From Octopus sinensis (lineage: Eukaryota): a stretch of 64,000 nt of DNA. The first letter of the stretch is position 1. Each line of letters begins with the position of its first letter. This document shows, in pieces, positions 13,576-26,340 of the stretch. The stretch covers positions 41,168,001 to 41,232,000 of the forward strand of contig NC_042999.1 in assembly GCF_006345805.1 (NCBI RefSeq). Direction: 5' to 3'. Both the position numbers and the translations under genes were made by a program. The notes below the pieces were generated by a model. That model had not been told where the DNA came from, did not search any database, and saw nothing but the letters and a program-made list of their open reading frames with translations.

Positions 13576-14049
13576 AAATCGTGTTTTATTATTTTTACGT
13601 GTCACCTGCACACCGGCACAAGTGCCAGAAAATGGTTGGATATTCATACTAGCTATCTTTTTGTATATATCCCAATCATAAACATACGAGCCATTGCATG
13701 TACAGTAACATGAGACGACATCTGGCAACGTTATCCCCACTAACACTATCTACAACAGCAAAAACGAGAAAATGATATCAACAACAAAATAGTTCGACCT
13801 ACCAGCTATAAAGACCACACATCCATTAAATCATACTATACTATGTTAAAAATGGAAGGAAACATTAAATAAAATAATCGGAATTATCACTAAAACGGTA
13901 CAGATTTCAAAGCGAGAATATTGGTTGTACGTGGTTTGATGTATATATGGTTGTTGTTTCTAGCAGATCAAATGACCAATAAATGGTCAATAAATGTGTG
14001 TTGCTAAACTGAGGTCGGCTGTGCAATGAATAAACTTTGTTGACGGTAA

Positions 14050-14730
14050 TATTGGTTTCGAATTTTGGCATAAAGCTAGACATTTTAGGGAACTGGGTAG
14101 TCGATTACCATCGACAGCAGTGCTCAACTAGTCCTTATTTTATCGATCTCATTTGATGAAAGTCAAAGTCGACATCAGCAGCATTTGAAATCAGAGCGTG
14201 AAGACGGACGAAATGCCTCTATGCATTTTGTCGGGCGTACTAACAATTCTGTGGAGGTGCGTGGCTTAGTGGTTAGGGTGTCGGAATCATGATCGTAAGA
14301 TTGTGGTTTCGATTCCTGGACCGGGTGATTCATTGTGTTCTTGAGCAAAACACTTCATTTCACGCTGCTCCAGTCCACTCAACTGGCAAAAATGAGTAAC
14401 GCCCGCGATGGACTGGCGTCCCGTTCAGCTGGGGAACACATACGCCATGGAAACCGGGAAACCGGGTCCATGAGCCTGGCTAGGCTTTAAAAGGGCGCAA
14501 GAGATTTACGATTCTGCCAACTCGCTACCTCATATGAACTTTATAATTAGTTTCAAACTTTAGATTCAAACACAAGTCTAACGATTACGAGGTGAAGACG
14601 AGAAGATTACATCGACCTGGTTCAAATGGTACTTATTTTATCGAGGCTGAATAGATGAAAGGCAAAGTCGACCTCAGCGGCATTGGAACTGAGAACTTAT
14701 AGACTATCGGAATGCTGCTAAGCATTTCGT
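14050..14730 (-). mobile_element. Two diverged SINE family B copies; the first is interrupted by a family C SINE
   Basis: Core and B-box in reverse orientation; the head resumes at 14508. Confidence 0.75.
14251..14507 (+). mobile_element. tRNA-headed CORE-type SINE (family C), full length
   Basis: A-box TGGCTTAGTGG, B-box GTTTCGATTCC, CORE-like segment; imperfect TSD ACAATTCT/ACGATTCT. Confidence 0.88.
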
Positions 14731-15274
14731 TAATAATGGACAACATTGTCCATTATGTCACTCTAGTTTTTCTTGACCTATAATTTGCACGAATGATGTT
14801 GCTAGATCTTGCAAACCGAGCTTCAGCGTAAAAGTAAATTCGCTTGTATTTAAATGCCATAGCTGGGTCTAAATTAGATTATTTTGAATTATTTTGATGT
14901 TAGCCGTAAAAAAAAAAAAATTACAGAAATATAATCACAAACAAAATTACTAATACCGCATGTGCATAATACGCTGCATATTAACCATTAGCTAGGAAAT
15001 TGCAATATATTATGTTGCATAATATTAATTTTTTCATGGTAGTTGACTTTTAACAGTAACAATTTAAACCGCCATTTAATGAACACCTTGCGTTCTATTG
15101 TCTCTCCTTTGTCGAGTTAAAATTCATATTTTTCCTTTCATTTTCCCCCAAAAGAAAATATATTAATAATATATTAATTAACCGCCTGGTTTTTATTTTC
15201 TGAAAAAAAACGAAAAAAAACTTTATTGAAACTGTAAACTATATTCATATTAAATTATTCTCCTTCATTATAGC

Positions 15275-15330
15275 AATAATAATAATGATAATAATAATGA
15301 TAATATTAATATTAATAGTGATTATTATTA

Positions 15331-15383
<53 letters not shown>
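15275..15383. repeat. (AAT)n/(ATT)n microsatellite
   Basis: Directly visible. Confidence 0.95.
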
Positions 15384-15384
<1 letters not shown>

Positions 15385-17530
15385 GACTCTGTTGTCATAT
15401 TTGTTGATGTTATTACTCGCAGTATTTATGTTTTCATCTTTGATTTTTCATAAACTAAAGGAGTTTGCTATTGATTTCTCGTTGCATGTTAAAAGGTTGC
15501 ACATTTTAATTAGTTCGCTTCCGTTCAGTTCTATAAGGTCGATGTCACCGGACATGCGTATTAACCTTCATCTGCAAAGGGAAATTAAGCTAATGCAACT
15601 TTAATATGTGTCATACTATAATGGGGTGGGGGTGATATTTTTATCCCATTTTTGTAATACCTGTCCCCTTCTCTGAATCTTAGATCATTAATGTTATCTT
15701 GTCGAAATATGAGTTTATCTAACCTGGGGCTATAATGTTACATGTGGGCTTTTTTTTTCTGTGTTATTATTACACGTAGAAACATCGTTTTAACTTATTA
15801 ATAGGGTAAACAGTTAAATCTAGCCGCCAGCAGGGCATTAGCTCTGTAGAAGTGTTGCTCTTTAATTAGATATTTAATGCGAAATTCGTTCTATGTATAG
15901 TGAAGCTAGGAATACTAATGGTGAGGTCGAAATTTGGTCTGACATGACAAAAAGAAGAAAAAAAGAAAGAAAGAAAGAAAATAAAAGAATAAGAAAACTG
16001 TCCTTGACGATGGACATTCAATCTCATTCTATTTTCTATCCAAGATTTCAGCTGCAGCAAGCACTAATGGGTACTCAACATAAACTACAACATCATGATG
16101 TCATTAAAGTGTTTTCTTTCTTTTCAAATCAAATCTTGCTCTCTCTCTATCCCTCTCTCTTCCCCCTCTCTCACTCTACACGTAATGACATTTCAATACA
16201 ATTGTAAATAACATTTTTTTAAAAAATTAATATAAGAATATTGTATAATGCAAAATGTTTTAACAGTGAAATCCTATGACGGCTCTATCAGGTTTTCAAT
16301 TTATAAACGGTAAATATCAGTATAGATACTGAATGCACTTCGTATTTTAATTGGCAACAATACTACCACATCCAGCAACTAAAACAAAATGACAAATTTT
16401 TATTTGTCATTTTGACATAATAACGCTTGATACGAATTCAGTGATGCTGGGTTTTATTGAATTCTAATTTAATAAACGGTAAGAAACTCGATAGCATTAC
16501 GCTTGTATTGAGATCTAGTGAGCCATGCCTTCATTCAACTAGTCTGAGTAGAAAAAGAACCGATTTTTATCGTTCTCTTGTATAATGTCGGTGAATATTC
16601 TTTGACTGGAGCATTGCCCGGGCGTTTACCATTTAAAAAAAAAACTTGAAATTTGCTAAATTTGTTGAATAAGAAAGCAATTCAACTGCGATGTTTTTGA
16701 TTTTTCTGTGTTTTTGATTTTTTAAGCACTTGGGACTGTATGTGCATGTTTGGTGGTTGAATAAGATTAAAAAAAGAACTCGAAAAATTCAGCTTCAAGC
16801 TTTTCATATATATATAATCATGAATGGCTGTAAAGGTAAAATGTGGAAGAAAGCTATCCAAATTGCAGAGATAGCCCAAGAAACAGGATATTGCTAAAAG
16901 TAAAGGAGTCGATGTCCAGTTACAGTAAGAATAAACCTGTTAATGTTACCACGATACTTAGAAATTAAAATATTTCATCCTCGTCGTCTCTTCCGATATT
17001 TAGAGTACATTTTTGTAGTTTCGAAGAATTACAAATGCCGTTAATATTATAAAAGCAGGGTTTCACTACCCGCGTATTTAAATTTTCCTTGAAATTTTAC
17101 ATCGTTTCTTTTAATTTCTGTACAACTGATTTTTTTTTCTCTTACTCGGTTCAAACCATTAAATTGCGACCATGCTGGAACATGGGCGATTAAAGACTTT
17201 GAAAGTTTTAATCGAACAAGTCCATTCCAATACTTGTTTTTTAAGTGATAAATGCAAAAGCACACACGCAAGCAGACACAGACACACAGAACATATTTCC
17301 ACATAGTTTCGGTCTAACAAATTCCTTCACAGATCATTGGTAGGCTCAGTGGTGTAAGAGATGACACTTGCTCCAGCTGCCGTGCATTTAATCTGATCCT
17401 GAAACCACGTAGTTACAAAATGAGCATCTTAACAACACAATCATACCGCCAACGCTAATAACATTGTCTTTTGCTAATGTTCTCTTTCGGTCTTCTTAAT
17501 CTTTTCAGAGAAGGAATATCTACGCGATTT

Positions 17531-17914
17531 GTGGAGGCGCAATGGCCCAGTGGTTAGGGCAGCGGACTCGCGGTCATAGGATCGCGGTTTCGATTCCCAG
17601 ACCGGGCGTTGTGAGTGTTTATTGAGCGAAAACACCTAAAGCTCCACGAGGCTCCGGCAGGGGATGGTGGTGATCCCTGCTGTACTCTTTCACCACAACT
17701 TTCTCTCACTCTTACTTCCTGTTTCTGTTGTACCTGTATTTCAAAGGGCCGGCCTTGTCACTCTCTGTGTCATGCTGAATATCCCCGAGAACTACGTTAA
17801 GGGTACACGTGTCTGTGGAGTGCTCAGCCACTTACACGTTAATTTCACGAGCAGGCTGTTCCGTTGATTCGGATCAACCGGAACCCTCGTCGTCGTAACC
17901 GACGGAGTGCTTCC
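17531..17914 (+). mobile_element. Full-length tRNA-derived SINE (family D) with perfect 13-bp TSD
   Basis: A-box TGGCCCAGTGG, B-box GTTTCGATTCC; ATCTACGCGATTT at 17518-17530 and 17915-17927. Confidence 0.93.
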
Positions 17915-19019
17915 ATCTACGCGATTTACATTTTTATTTTCATGAAGGATTGCTGCTGACAAAAATTCTAATTTGGATATAAATGAATATTTATTTAGGT
18001 CAACTAAAGACTTACTAACATTTTCAGAAATTAAGAAACTAGATGCGAATAAACAAACTAATTTTATTCTCAGTAAATCATTATTTCTACCGTAAAATTG
18101 AAACAAGTTTTGTCCCCATACTTTGCGAAAGAGCTATCATGCCAACGTCGAATATATGCGACTACTGAGCTTTTCATTCTTCCTCAACTTCGATAAAAAT
18201 ACACACATAAACGCAAACAAACATACCTTCACACTCACCCATATACACTGAACTTTCTCTCTTTAAGAAACGTTCACCCTTGCATACATTCCCACACCAC
18301 TCTTCATTTTATAAAAAAAAGCAATAGTAATTCAAATTTGCTTAATATATTTGCTACGATTGCGTCTTTCAAGTCTTTAAAGTGTCGGACTCCATGCTAT
18401 CATAGCGGATATTTTGAAATCAATTAAAAAATGCCTCTTTAATCCTTCAATAGCAATATACTGACACTGGCTCTTGATTTCAGGGCAGCACAATATCTAA
18501 AAAAATGACTTTAAAGCGATTTTTTTGTTAGAAGTAATCATAAATCTTGCCCCAATTCATCAGTCCTATCTTAAAATTCATACCCTGCAGTCATGTCATA
18601 CACTTTGATTTTTCATACTACCGTATCTTTGTCAGCGGCCACATCACTTACCCTATCATCAAACCGCTATTTCCACCTCCTTGTTCTCTTTCATCAATCA
18701 ATCACTTTCTTTACATCGTGATTCACTCCTCCACCCACTTTACTACGCCATTAACAGTCGATACACTAATTTTAGTAACACTGCTATATCACCGAAATGA
18801 TATTGACAGAATGCAGTAACAGCAGGACCTAATGTCGATAAAATTATTTTGTGATTAGGAATTGAAACTTTTTGTGAGAAATAAGATATTTAGTTTCAAG
18901 TGATGCTCTACTCCCCGACTCCACGTGTTGTGCATGTTTCTTGAGTACACTGACTTAATAAAATGGTGATGGTCACGGTTTGGATTTTTGTGATTATATC
19001 AGATTATATCAGATTTGAA

Positions 19020-19830
19020 CTGAATAATACTTGTGGAAAGAGGCGAGTCGATTACATCTACCCCACTGCTCATCTAGTACTTATTCGAAAGAACGAAAGG
19101 AAAAATCGACGACGACAGAATTTGAACGCAGAACGTAAAGCTAGAACAAATCCCGTTATGCATTTTGTCTGACGTGCTAACGATTCAGCCAGCTGATCAC
19201 TTTAGCTAAATACTAAATAGTCATTTCTGTTACAGGCATAAGACCTGGAATTTCGGGGAAAGGAGATAGTTATTTATATCGACCCCAGAACGTAACTGGT
19301 AGTAATTTTACCGATCTTGGAAAATTGAAAGGCAACATCGACCAAGACAGAATTTGAATTCGGAACGTAAAATTGAGAATAAATACCTATTTCTTTATTA
19401 CCCACAAGGGGCTAAACATAGAGGAGACAAACATGGAGAGACACAGGTATTAAGTCGATTATATCGACCCCAGTGCTTAACTGGTACTTAATTTATCGAC
19501 CCCGAAAGGATGAAAGGCAAAGTCGACCTCGGCGGAATTTGAACTCACAACGTAACGGCAGCCGAAATACCGCTAAGCATTTCGCCCGACGTGCTGAGGA
19601 TTCTGCTAGCTCGCCACCTTTTTTTTTGAGAATAAATACCGCTAAGCATTTTGTTTGGCGTGGTAACGATTGTGATAGTTCACCCCCTTAGCTAAACACA
19701 CGATAATCTGGTACTTATTTTATCGACCCCGAAATTTGAACTCATAATGTAAAGTCAGAAGAAATGCCGACGCTAAGCAATTTATTTTGCGTGCTAATTA
19801 TTCAGCCAGTTCGCTGCCTTATTTAAATAC
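19020..19830 (-). mobile_element. Cluster of about 5 co-oriented SINE family B copies or fragments
   Basis: Repeated ATCGACCCC...GAATTTGAACTC...GTGCTAA blocks. Confidence 0.88.
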
Positions 19831-20048
19831 TAAAGAACAAAACTTTGTCTGTAGCAGAATATGATTTCAATGAAATGAATTTGTTGCTGCATAATAACAA
19901 ATTGATATCTTCTATACCGATAACTCATAATGTTTTCTGTTGAGTTTTACTAATATTATTATTATTCAATATTTTGCGTGTATACAGTTATGACTAGTGC
20001 AATGTTAGCAATAACAGAATGAAAAATATCAGCTAAAAGTATTCTATA

Positions 20049-20253
20049 GTCGTAGGAGTGGCTGTGTGGTAAGTAGCTTGCTTACTCTCTGTACGGCCTT
20101 TATGGCAAATGTTATGAAATAAAGTAGCTTGCTTACGAATCCGGGTTCAGTCCCACTGCGTGGCACCTTGGGTAAGTGTCTTCTACTATAGCCTCGGGCC
20201 GACCAAGGCCTTGTGAGTGGATTTGGTGGACGGAAACTGAAAGAAGCTCGTCG

Positions 20254-20294
<41 letters not shown>

Positions 20295-20480
20295 CGTGTT
20301 TGTGTGTCTGTGTTTGTCCCTCCAACGTCGCTTGACAACCAATGCTGGTGTGTTTACGTCCCCCGTTACTTAGTGGTTCGGCAAAAAAGAGACCGATAAA
20401 ATAAGTCCTGGCGTCGAATTGATCGACTAAAGGCGGTGCTCTAACATGGCCACAGTCACATGACTGAAACAAGTAAAAGA
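20049..20480 (+). mobile_element. SINE family A, full length, carrying a 36-bp insertion in the head
   Basis: A-box TGGCTGTGTGGT, B-box GGTTCAGTCCC, CORE-like CACCTTGGGTAAGTG, (TA)n linker, AAAAGAG tail. Confidence 0.92.
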
Positions 20481-21881
20481 GAGTATCGAGAGAGAGAGAG
20501 AGAGAAAGGTGAAGAGCAGTTAAACATGCGCTTAATCTTGTCACGCCGTTTTCCCGCTGTAGCAGGAATAGGTTAAACGTCATCCTTGCTCGATTCCCGG
20601 CCAAGCGGTTACGAATCAGATACTTAGAAAAAGCAGAAGCATCCGATTCTGTCCATTAGCTTGCCTACAATCGTTACTTTATTATTTTTTTCCTCGGAAG
20701 CCAAGGAGAAGAGTAAAGCTAGAGACAGGCACCCCGGTCTGAGACGACTAAATGACAATTGCAGCTGGCTCGAATAGGAAAGGGCAATAACATTAAGCCA
20801 AAAAAAAAAAAAAACTTCTCGGGATGATATGTATGTGTGTGTGTGTGTGTGTGTGCTTCGGTATGCTGAGTGCTTTGCGTGAGATACGTAGCCCTTGAAT
20901 TATGTTAGTACATTTCTGCTGATTAAGGATATGTGTGTGTGCGTGCCTGTCTGTGTGTGTGCATATGTGTGTACGTGAAAAGATACGAGTTTCTAACAAA
21001 GATCGTAAAAATGTCATATAAACGTACACACAGACATATATGCATAACTCAATAAAAATAGATTCGAGAGTCCACCAAAATCCATATAAATAATTTGGGG
21101 ACAATTTCTATAATCTACCACTTGAACTTTTAAAAAGCGTCGTTTTCTGAATTACTAAATCATCTTTAGTAGAAATCTTAATGACGATCTTAGCTGTCAA
21201 CTGCACAGACACGTCCTCAGACAAAAGGCGTCATTGATAATGCGTCATCATGTCTTATTTGTATTGAATCTTCATTGCATTTACGTGATTTAACACTTTT
21301 TGACAGCACATATTTTATTGTTTTCGTTTATTAAAAGTATCGCTTTTGTCTCTTGTCAAAGAAAGATGTAACTTCACATTATTGTTTGTTATTATATATT
21401 TATCTTTGTATTGTTTGTAAACGTATTAACATACCATATTTTCTTTATTGGAAGTCTAGCCGCAATTATTAATGCTCTTGTTGCAATATATGAGGATGTG
21501 TCTAATAATATCTGACCAAAATAATAAAGTCTACTTAAAAATTGTGTTGTGTGCTTGTATATGCGTATGAACACTCAGACAAACACACGCGCAGACATAT
21601 TTATTTTTGTTAGTATGTGTGTATACATGCACATCTCTCTTTCCCCTTCTCTCTTCCCTCTCGCTCTCTATTTATCTCTCTTCATATATATATATATATA
21701 TACATATATATATTTGAGTAGAAAAATGAAATATCTTTTTATGGATAATTCGTTTAACCGATACCTGGGTAGCTACTTCACATCAGAAATAACACGGTTG
21801 AAGTTACGTGCCTAGGGCAGAGACTACGTGTTTTCGTGAGAGCAGTCATCTAAAAGTTTTTGTGAATCTTGATGTTGACAT

Positions 21882-21987
21882 AAATTCTTTGTTTTTCCTG
21901 ATGAGAAAGCGGCATAATGTACTCCTTATTCCTTCAAAATTAGGAATATGCAGCCTTCGAAACATATGTCGAAAATAAAGGAAATTT
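21882..21987 (+). ncRNA. Type I hammerhead ribozyme, copy 1
   Basis: CTGATGA 21898-21904; stem II GAAAGCGGCATA/TATGCAGCCTTC (10/12 bp, G10.1-C11.1); GAAAC 21959-63; palindromic ACATATGT stem III; GTC cleavage triplet 21968-70; stem I CTTTGTTTTTC/GAAAATAAAG. Confidence 0.85.
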
Positions 21988-22041
21988 GTTAATTTGTCGT
22001 TCAACTCCATTCTTTCATTTATTCATAAATTTTATAAATAT

Positions 22042-22091
<50 letters not shown>

Positions 22092-22264
22092 TATATTTGA
22101 GTAGAAAAATGAAATATCTTTTTATGGATAATTCGTTTAACCGATACCTGGGTAGCTACTTCACATCAGAAATAACACGGTTGAAGTTACGTGCCTAGGG
22201 CAGAGACTACGTGTTTTCGTGAGAGCAGTCATCTAAAAGTTTTTGTGAATCTTGATGTTGACAT

Positions 22265-22370
22265 AAATTCTTTGTTTTTCCTGATGAGAAAGCGGCATAA
22301 TGTACTCCTTATTCCTTCACAATTAGGAATATGCAGCCTTCGAAACATATGTCGAAAATAAAGGAAATTT
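22265..22370 (+). ncRNA. Type I hammerhead ribozyme, copy 2
   Basis: CTGATGA 22281-87, GAAAC 22342-46, GTC 22351-53; same stems as copy 1. Confidence 0.85.
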
Positions 22371-22415
22371 GTTAATTTGTCGTTCAACTCCATTCTTTCA
22401 TTTATTCATAAATTT

Positions 22416-22474
<59 letters not shown>

Positions 22475-23190
22475 TATCTTTATATTCGTCAGAGGAAGAG
22501 GGAGAGTGAGATCGGTAAGCTGATAATTCTTGTATCGTAATTTCAAATCAACTGCTGACATATACATTTTTAAAGTTGGGTAACATATTTTTACATATCA
22601 TAGATATGAATGACTGAAAAACGAAAACCCTTTTTTCAATGCGTCGCATATTCATCTACTCAATAGCCATATACAGATCTTTTGGTATCAACTTTTGCTT
22701 CGCTTTGAATCACGTTATAGTTTTACGTCTTTAGCATTATATCAGTAAGTAAAACAGATGCAAACGAAAGAAAAAATTATTATAGTTAGTCATCATGAAC
22801 AGATAAATGTTCAATTCTACGACCATATTTTAAGAAATAGTAGGGTCTTTTTGTAAGCCATTAGACTGTTTCTCATTGAAATTTACTCAACAAATAGAAA
22901 TACCGTTTACAAGCTTTCAATAATCTAAATCTTTGAATCATTTCCAAAATTTCAGAGACCAACAATTAGATGCTTTTCTTTTCCGAGGATGGTTAATCCC
23001 ACCAATAGCTCGGTGGTACTCAATTACAAACGAGTATGATGGAGCAACATGAATTGAAATACCTTGCTCAAGATCACAAATTGTGACTCAGTCCACGAAT
23101 GGATATCGCAGCCTTATGTCATAAGCCGAGTACTTTAACTAGTAGGCCATAAACACACGAAACATATGTGTAACTGCAAATCCAACAGAA

Positions 23191-23492
23191 GAGGTGGCGC
23201 CAACCACCGCTTCGCGCTTTAGTACTTAGCTGGAATCATTTGATTCCGGGTACGCATAGGAAGAAAAAAATTTATATATTTTATTAGCATTTTGTTGACC
23301 TTCGCAATCGGCAGGGTATTTTGCATTATATGTGTATTATAAATATAAAATATGTGTTATATATACAATCATTAAATTATATATAATATGAACGAACTTG
23401 CCTGTGTTTTCTTGTGCACGTGAACCCCATTGCATGGAAATATTATTTGGAAGGAAACCGGACCGTGATGCATAAAGTGTTGGGCACCACTG
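23191..23492. mobile_element. Possible decayed hAT-type MITE
   Basis: The right end AAAGTGTTGGGCACCACTG resembles hAT/Charlie-type termini; the left end GAGGTGGCGCCAAC matches only loosely and no TSD was seen. Confidence 0.3.
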
Positions 23493-24704
23493 CTCTATAA
23501 TATAATTTACCTGTATAGTTTTCTATTACTAATGTCTACACAGTGAAGCTTCTTTATCATAAAGTTTACCTACGACTACGTATCACGTACGAATATAGTA
23601 TTACATATCGTATTACGAAAAGCGTATCTTCGACTGCTACAGTTGTGAAGTGTTAATTTATATTAATATTCAACGAAAGACTAATATACACCGTATTAAA
23701 CTGAATCTAAAAGAATATTCATTTACTGAATCCTTGACACTTTTCCCCAAACAAAATGATAGATCATTTCTAGTTGTCTACACTGAGGCAAGAATGACAC
23801 CGTCATCAGTTAAACGATTACTTCTGTAACGAATGTCTCTTGATTATTTAGATGCAGCAGCGATGTCTTTATATTAAAAAGCCGATATATTTCAGTGTTC
23901 TGTATATCTATTCCACATTAAATCTTAACAGACTTGTGACGTGTTCTTTCTCACCTAACCTCGTTGACGTTGGTATAGCGCCTTTGCAGTCTATAATCAA
24001 TCATTTACCATCTTAGCATTTCTATTTATTATTACAGACAAAAGAAAAACAAAGAAACGAAAAGGTGTGTTTCAATCATATGGCATGGTATATCCTTAGA
24101 TAAATAAGAAACGAAGTTGAATGGAACGTTACAAAAACATACAAAACATGTCAAGTATAAAGTTTTCTCACTTACGAGATAGATACTGAGAAAAGACGTG
24201 CAAGAATTTTGCTTTTTCTTACGATGAAATTCATTTATTTATTCTAGCTGTTAATACCTTTTACGTAGAATGAAAAAGAATCATCTTTGAAAGAAAATAA
24301 ATTTTAAAAAGAAAGACAGAATCAAGAATATGTGTGAACAAGTTGAAGGCTTCAATATCTTAACCTATGTAAAATGCTTCGCCGTGAACTGCTTCATATA
24401 TTTTTTTTTATTTGGACAACAAACACAGACACACTTTCTCTTTCTCCCTCTCTCTCTCTCTCTCTCTCCCTCTCTCTGTATCTCTCTCGTGCGCAAACAC
24501 ACAGATTTACGCGGTGAACATTAGTTAAAAACTTCTTCTTGTGCGTGCGTGTGTGTGTGGGTATAGAACCTCGTCAGCCAAATACCAAACTATTCACTGT
24601 TTTACTAATACATCCACGTTAAGTAGGATATGAAGATTACTATTCGGCATTAATCCCGCATCGGTCAGTAATATTTACAAATACGCAAACGGCTTGAACG
24701 TGCG

Positions 24705-24838
<134 letters not shown>

Positions 24839-25043
24839 GGAATATAATTCCAAGTTACAGGCAAAAATTCAATTTAGCAATTCTAAATCAAATTTCACAA
24901 TATATAATATATGTATATAGTTAAGAGAAATAACCTCTATTAAGCAATACTGAAAGATATTATCTATATTATATAGAAAACATTTAAATATACTATAATA
25001 AATATTATTAAAAAAATCAATATTAACTATACATGAAATTGAC

Positions 25044-25141
25044 TACGCGCGTTTCGTGACTATAACTTTAAATCTGTAATAATAAAATCGATACTATTAA
25101 AATTAAAATTAATTCGATTAAAAAATATAGCTACTCTTCAG
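25044..25141 (-). ncRNA. Hammerhead ribozyme motif, type I order, weak stem I
   Basis: Minus strand CTGAAGA-GTAGCTATA...TATAGTCAC-GAAAC-GCGC-GTA; stem II 8/9 bp including one G-U; palindrome ACGCGCGT. Confidence 0.6.
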
Positions 25142-25503
25142 TTCTAAAATAATAAAATAAATGTATGTATATACATATATATATATATGTATATATATAT
25201 ATGTATATATATATATATCGGTATAAGTGTGTATGTTTATTTAAGCACATACAGAGAATTATGTGCAAATATTTGTTAATTTGTGTCATTGATTATTTGT
25301 GTCACTGTTTTACTTTGTCTCTTGTATGTAGTGATGGCCACAATTGCCATGTGAATAGTTTTACTGTGTTAACATATGATGGAGTGTGATATTTATGTAT
25401 CAGAATTTAGTATATCTACTGACGTTTTGTAAATATGTTTGGCAGCTATGTGTTCCCTGTTGCATGGCATGTGTGCTCTCGCGCATTTAATAATAATAAT
25501 AAT

Positions 25504-25553
<50 letters not shown>

Positions 25554-25807
25554 GCGTGTTTGAGTGTGTGTTTTTAAATTTAGACAGATGAACTGTGTGT
25601 CCGTTTGATGTGAGTGCAATTTCTTGTGACCACGTCTTGTCAAATTACTTCAGTACTGAACAGGACCCCTATTGTTTGGGCAGGAATTTCAAAAACGTGT
25701 TGACAAAATTTTGACTGCTATTTTAAGAGATGAATTACGTCAGTTGTATGCACTGTCCTTGTTTGTGTTTATCAATTCGTCCATCCATCTCTCTAGTAAT
25801 ATCAACT

Positions 25808-25826
25808 CTGTCTGTCTGTCTATCTA

Positions 25827-25891
<65 letters not shown>

Positions 25892-26049
25892 ATATATATA
25901 TATATATATGTCTGTCTGTCTGTTTCTCTGTCTACCAGTCTGTCTGTCTATCTATATATCAGTCTGTCTGTCTATCTATACATCAGTTTGTCTGTCTATC
26001 TATATATCAGTCTGTCTGTCCATCCATACACACACCCTGCCTCTGTCTC

Positions 26050-26085
<36 letters not shown>

Positions 26086-26168
26086 ACACACACACTCTTT
26101 CACTCTATCTATCTATCTATCTATTTGTCTGTCTATGTATCTGTCTCTCACTTTCTCTCTTTGCATCT

Positions 26169-26209
<41 letters not shown>

Positions 26210-26340
26210 CTCTTTCACTCTATCTATCTATCTATTTGTCTGTCTATGTATCTGTCTCTCACTTTCTCTCTTTGCATCTCTTTTCTCTCTCTCTCTCTCT
26301 CTCTCTCACCCTCTCTTTGTATTTTCTCTGCGCGTGTGTG
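25808..26340. repeat. (TCTA)/(TCTG)/(CT) mosaic with an internal ~120-bp duplication
   Basis: Directly visible; the CACACACTCTTTCACTCTATC...TTGCATCTC block occurs twice. Confidence 0.9.

Larger units (their letters stand above)
21713..22420 (+). mobile_element. Hammerhead-bearing element, head-to-tail dimer (383-bp period); retrozyme or Penelope-like pLTR derivative
   Basis: 21713-22040 and 22096-22420 are identical except A21937/C22320; flanked and separated by (TA)n. Confidence 0.8.

Noticed and set aside
15824-15842. CCGCCAGCAGGGC as a CTCF site
   Set aside because: The core spacing does not fit the consensus, and a single weak motif is not evidence.
17531-17610. tRNA gene call
   Set aside because: The anticodon and acceptor stems do not pair, and it continues into a SINE body with a TSD. 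The same applies to the heads at 14251, 20049 and 42081.
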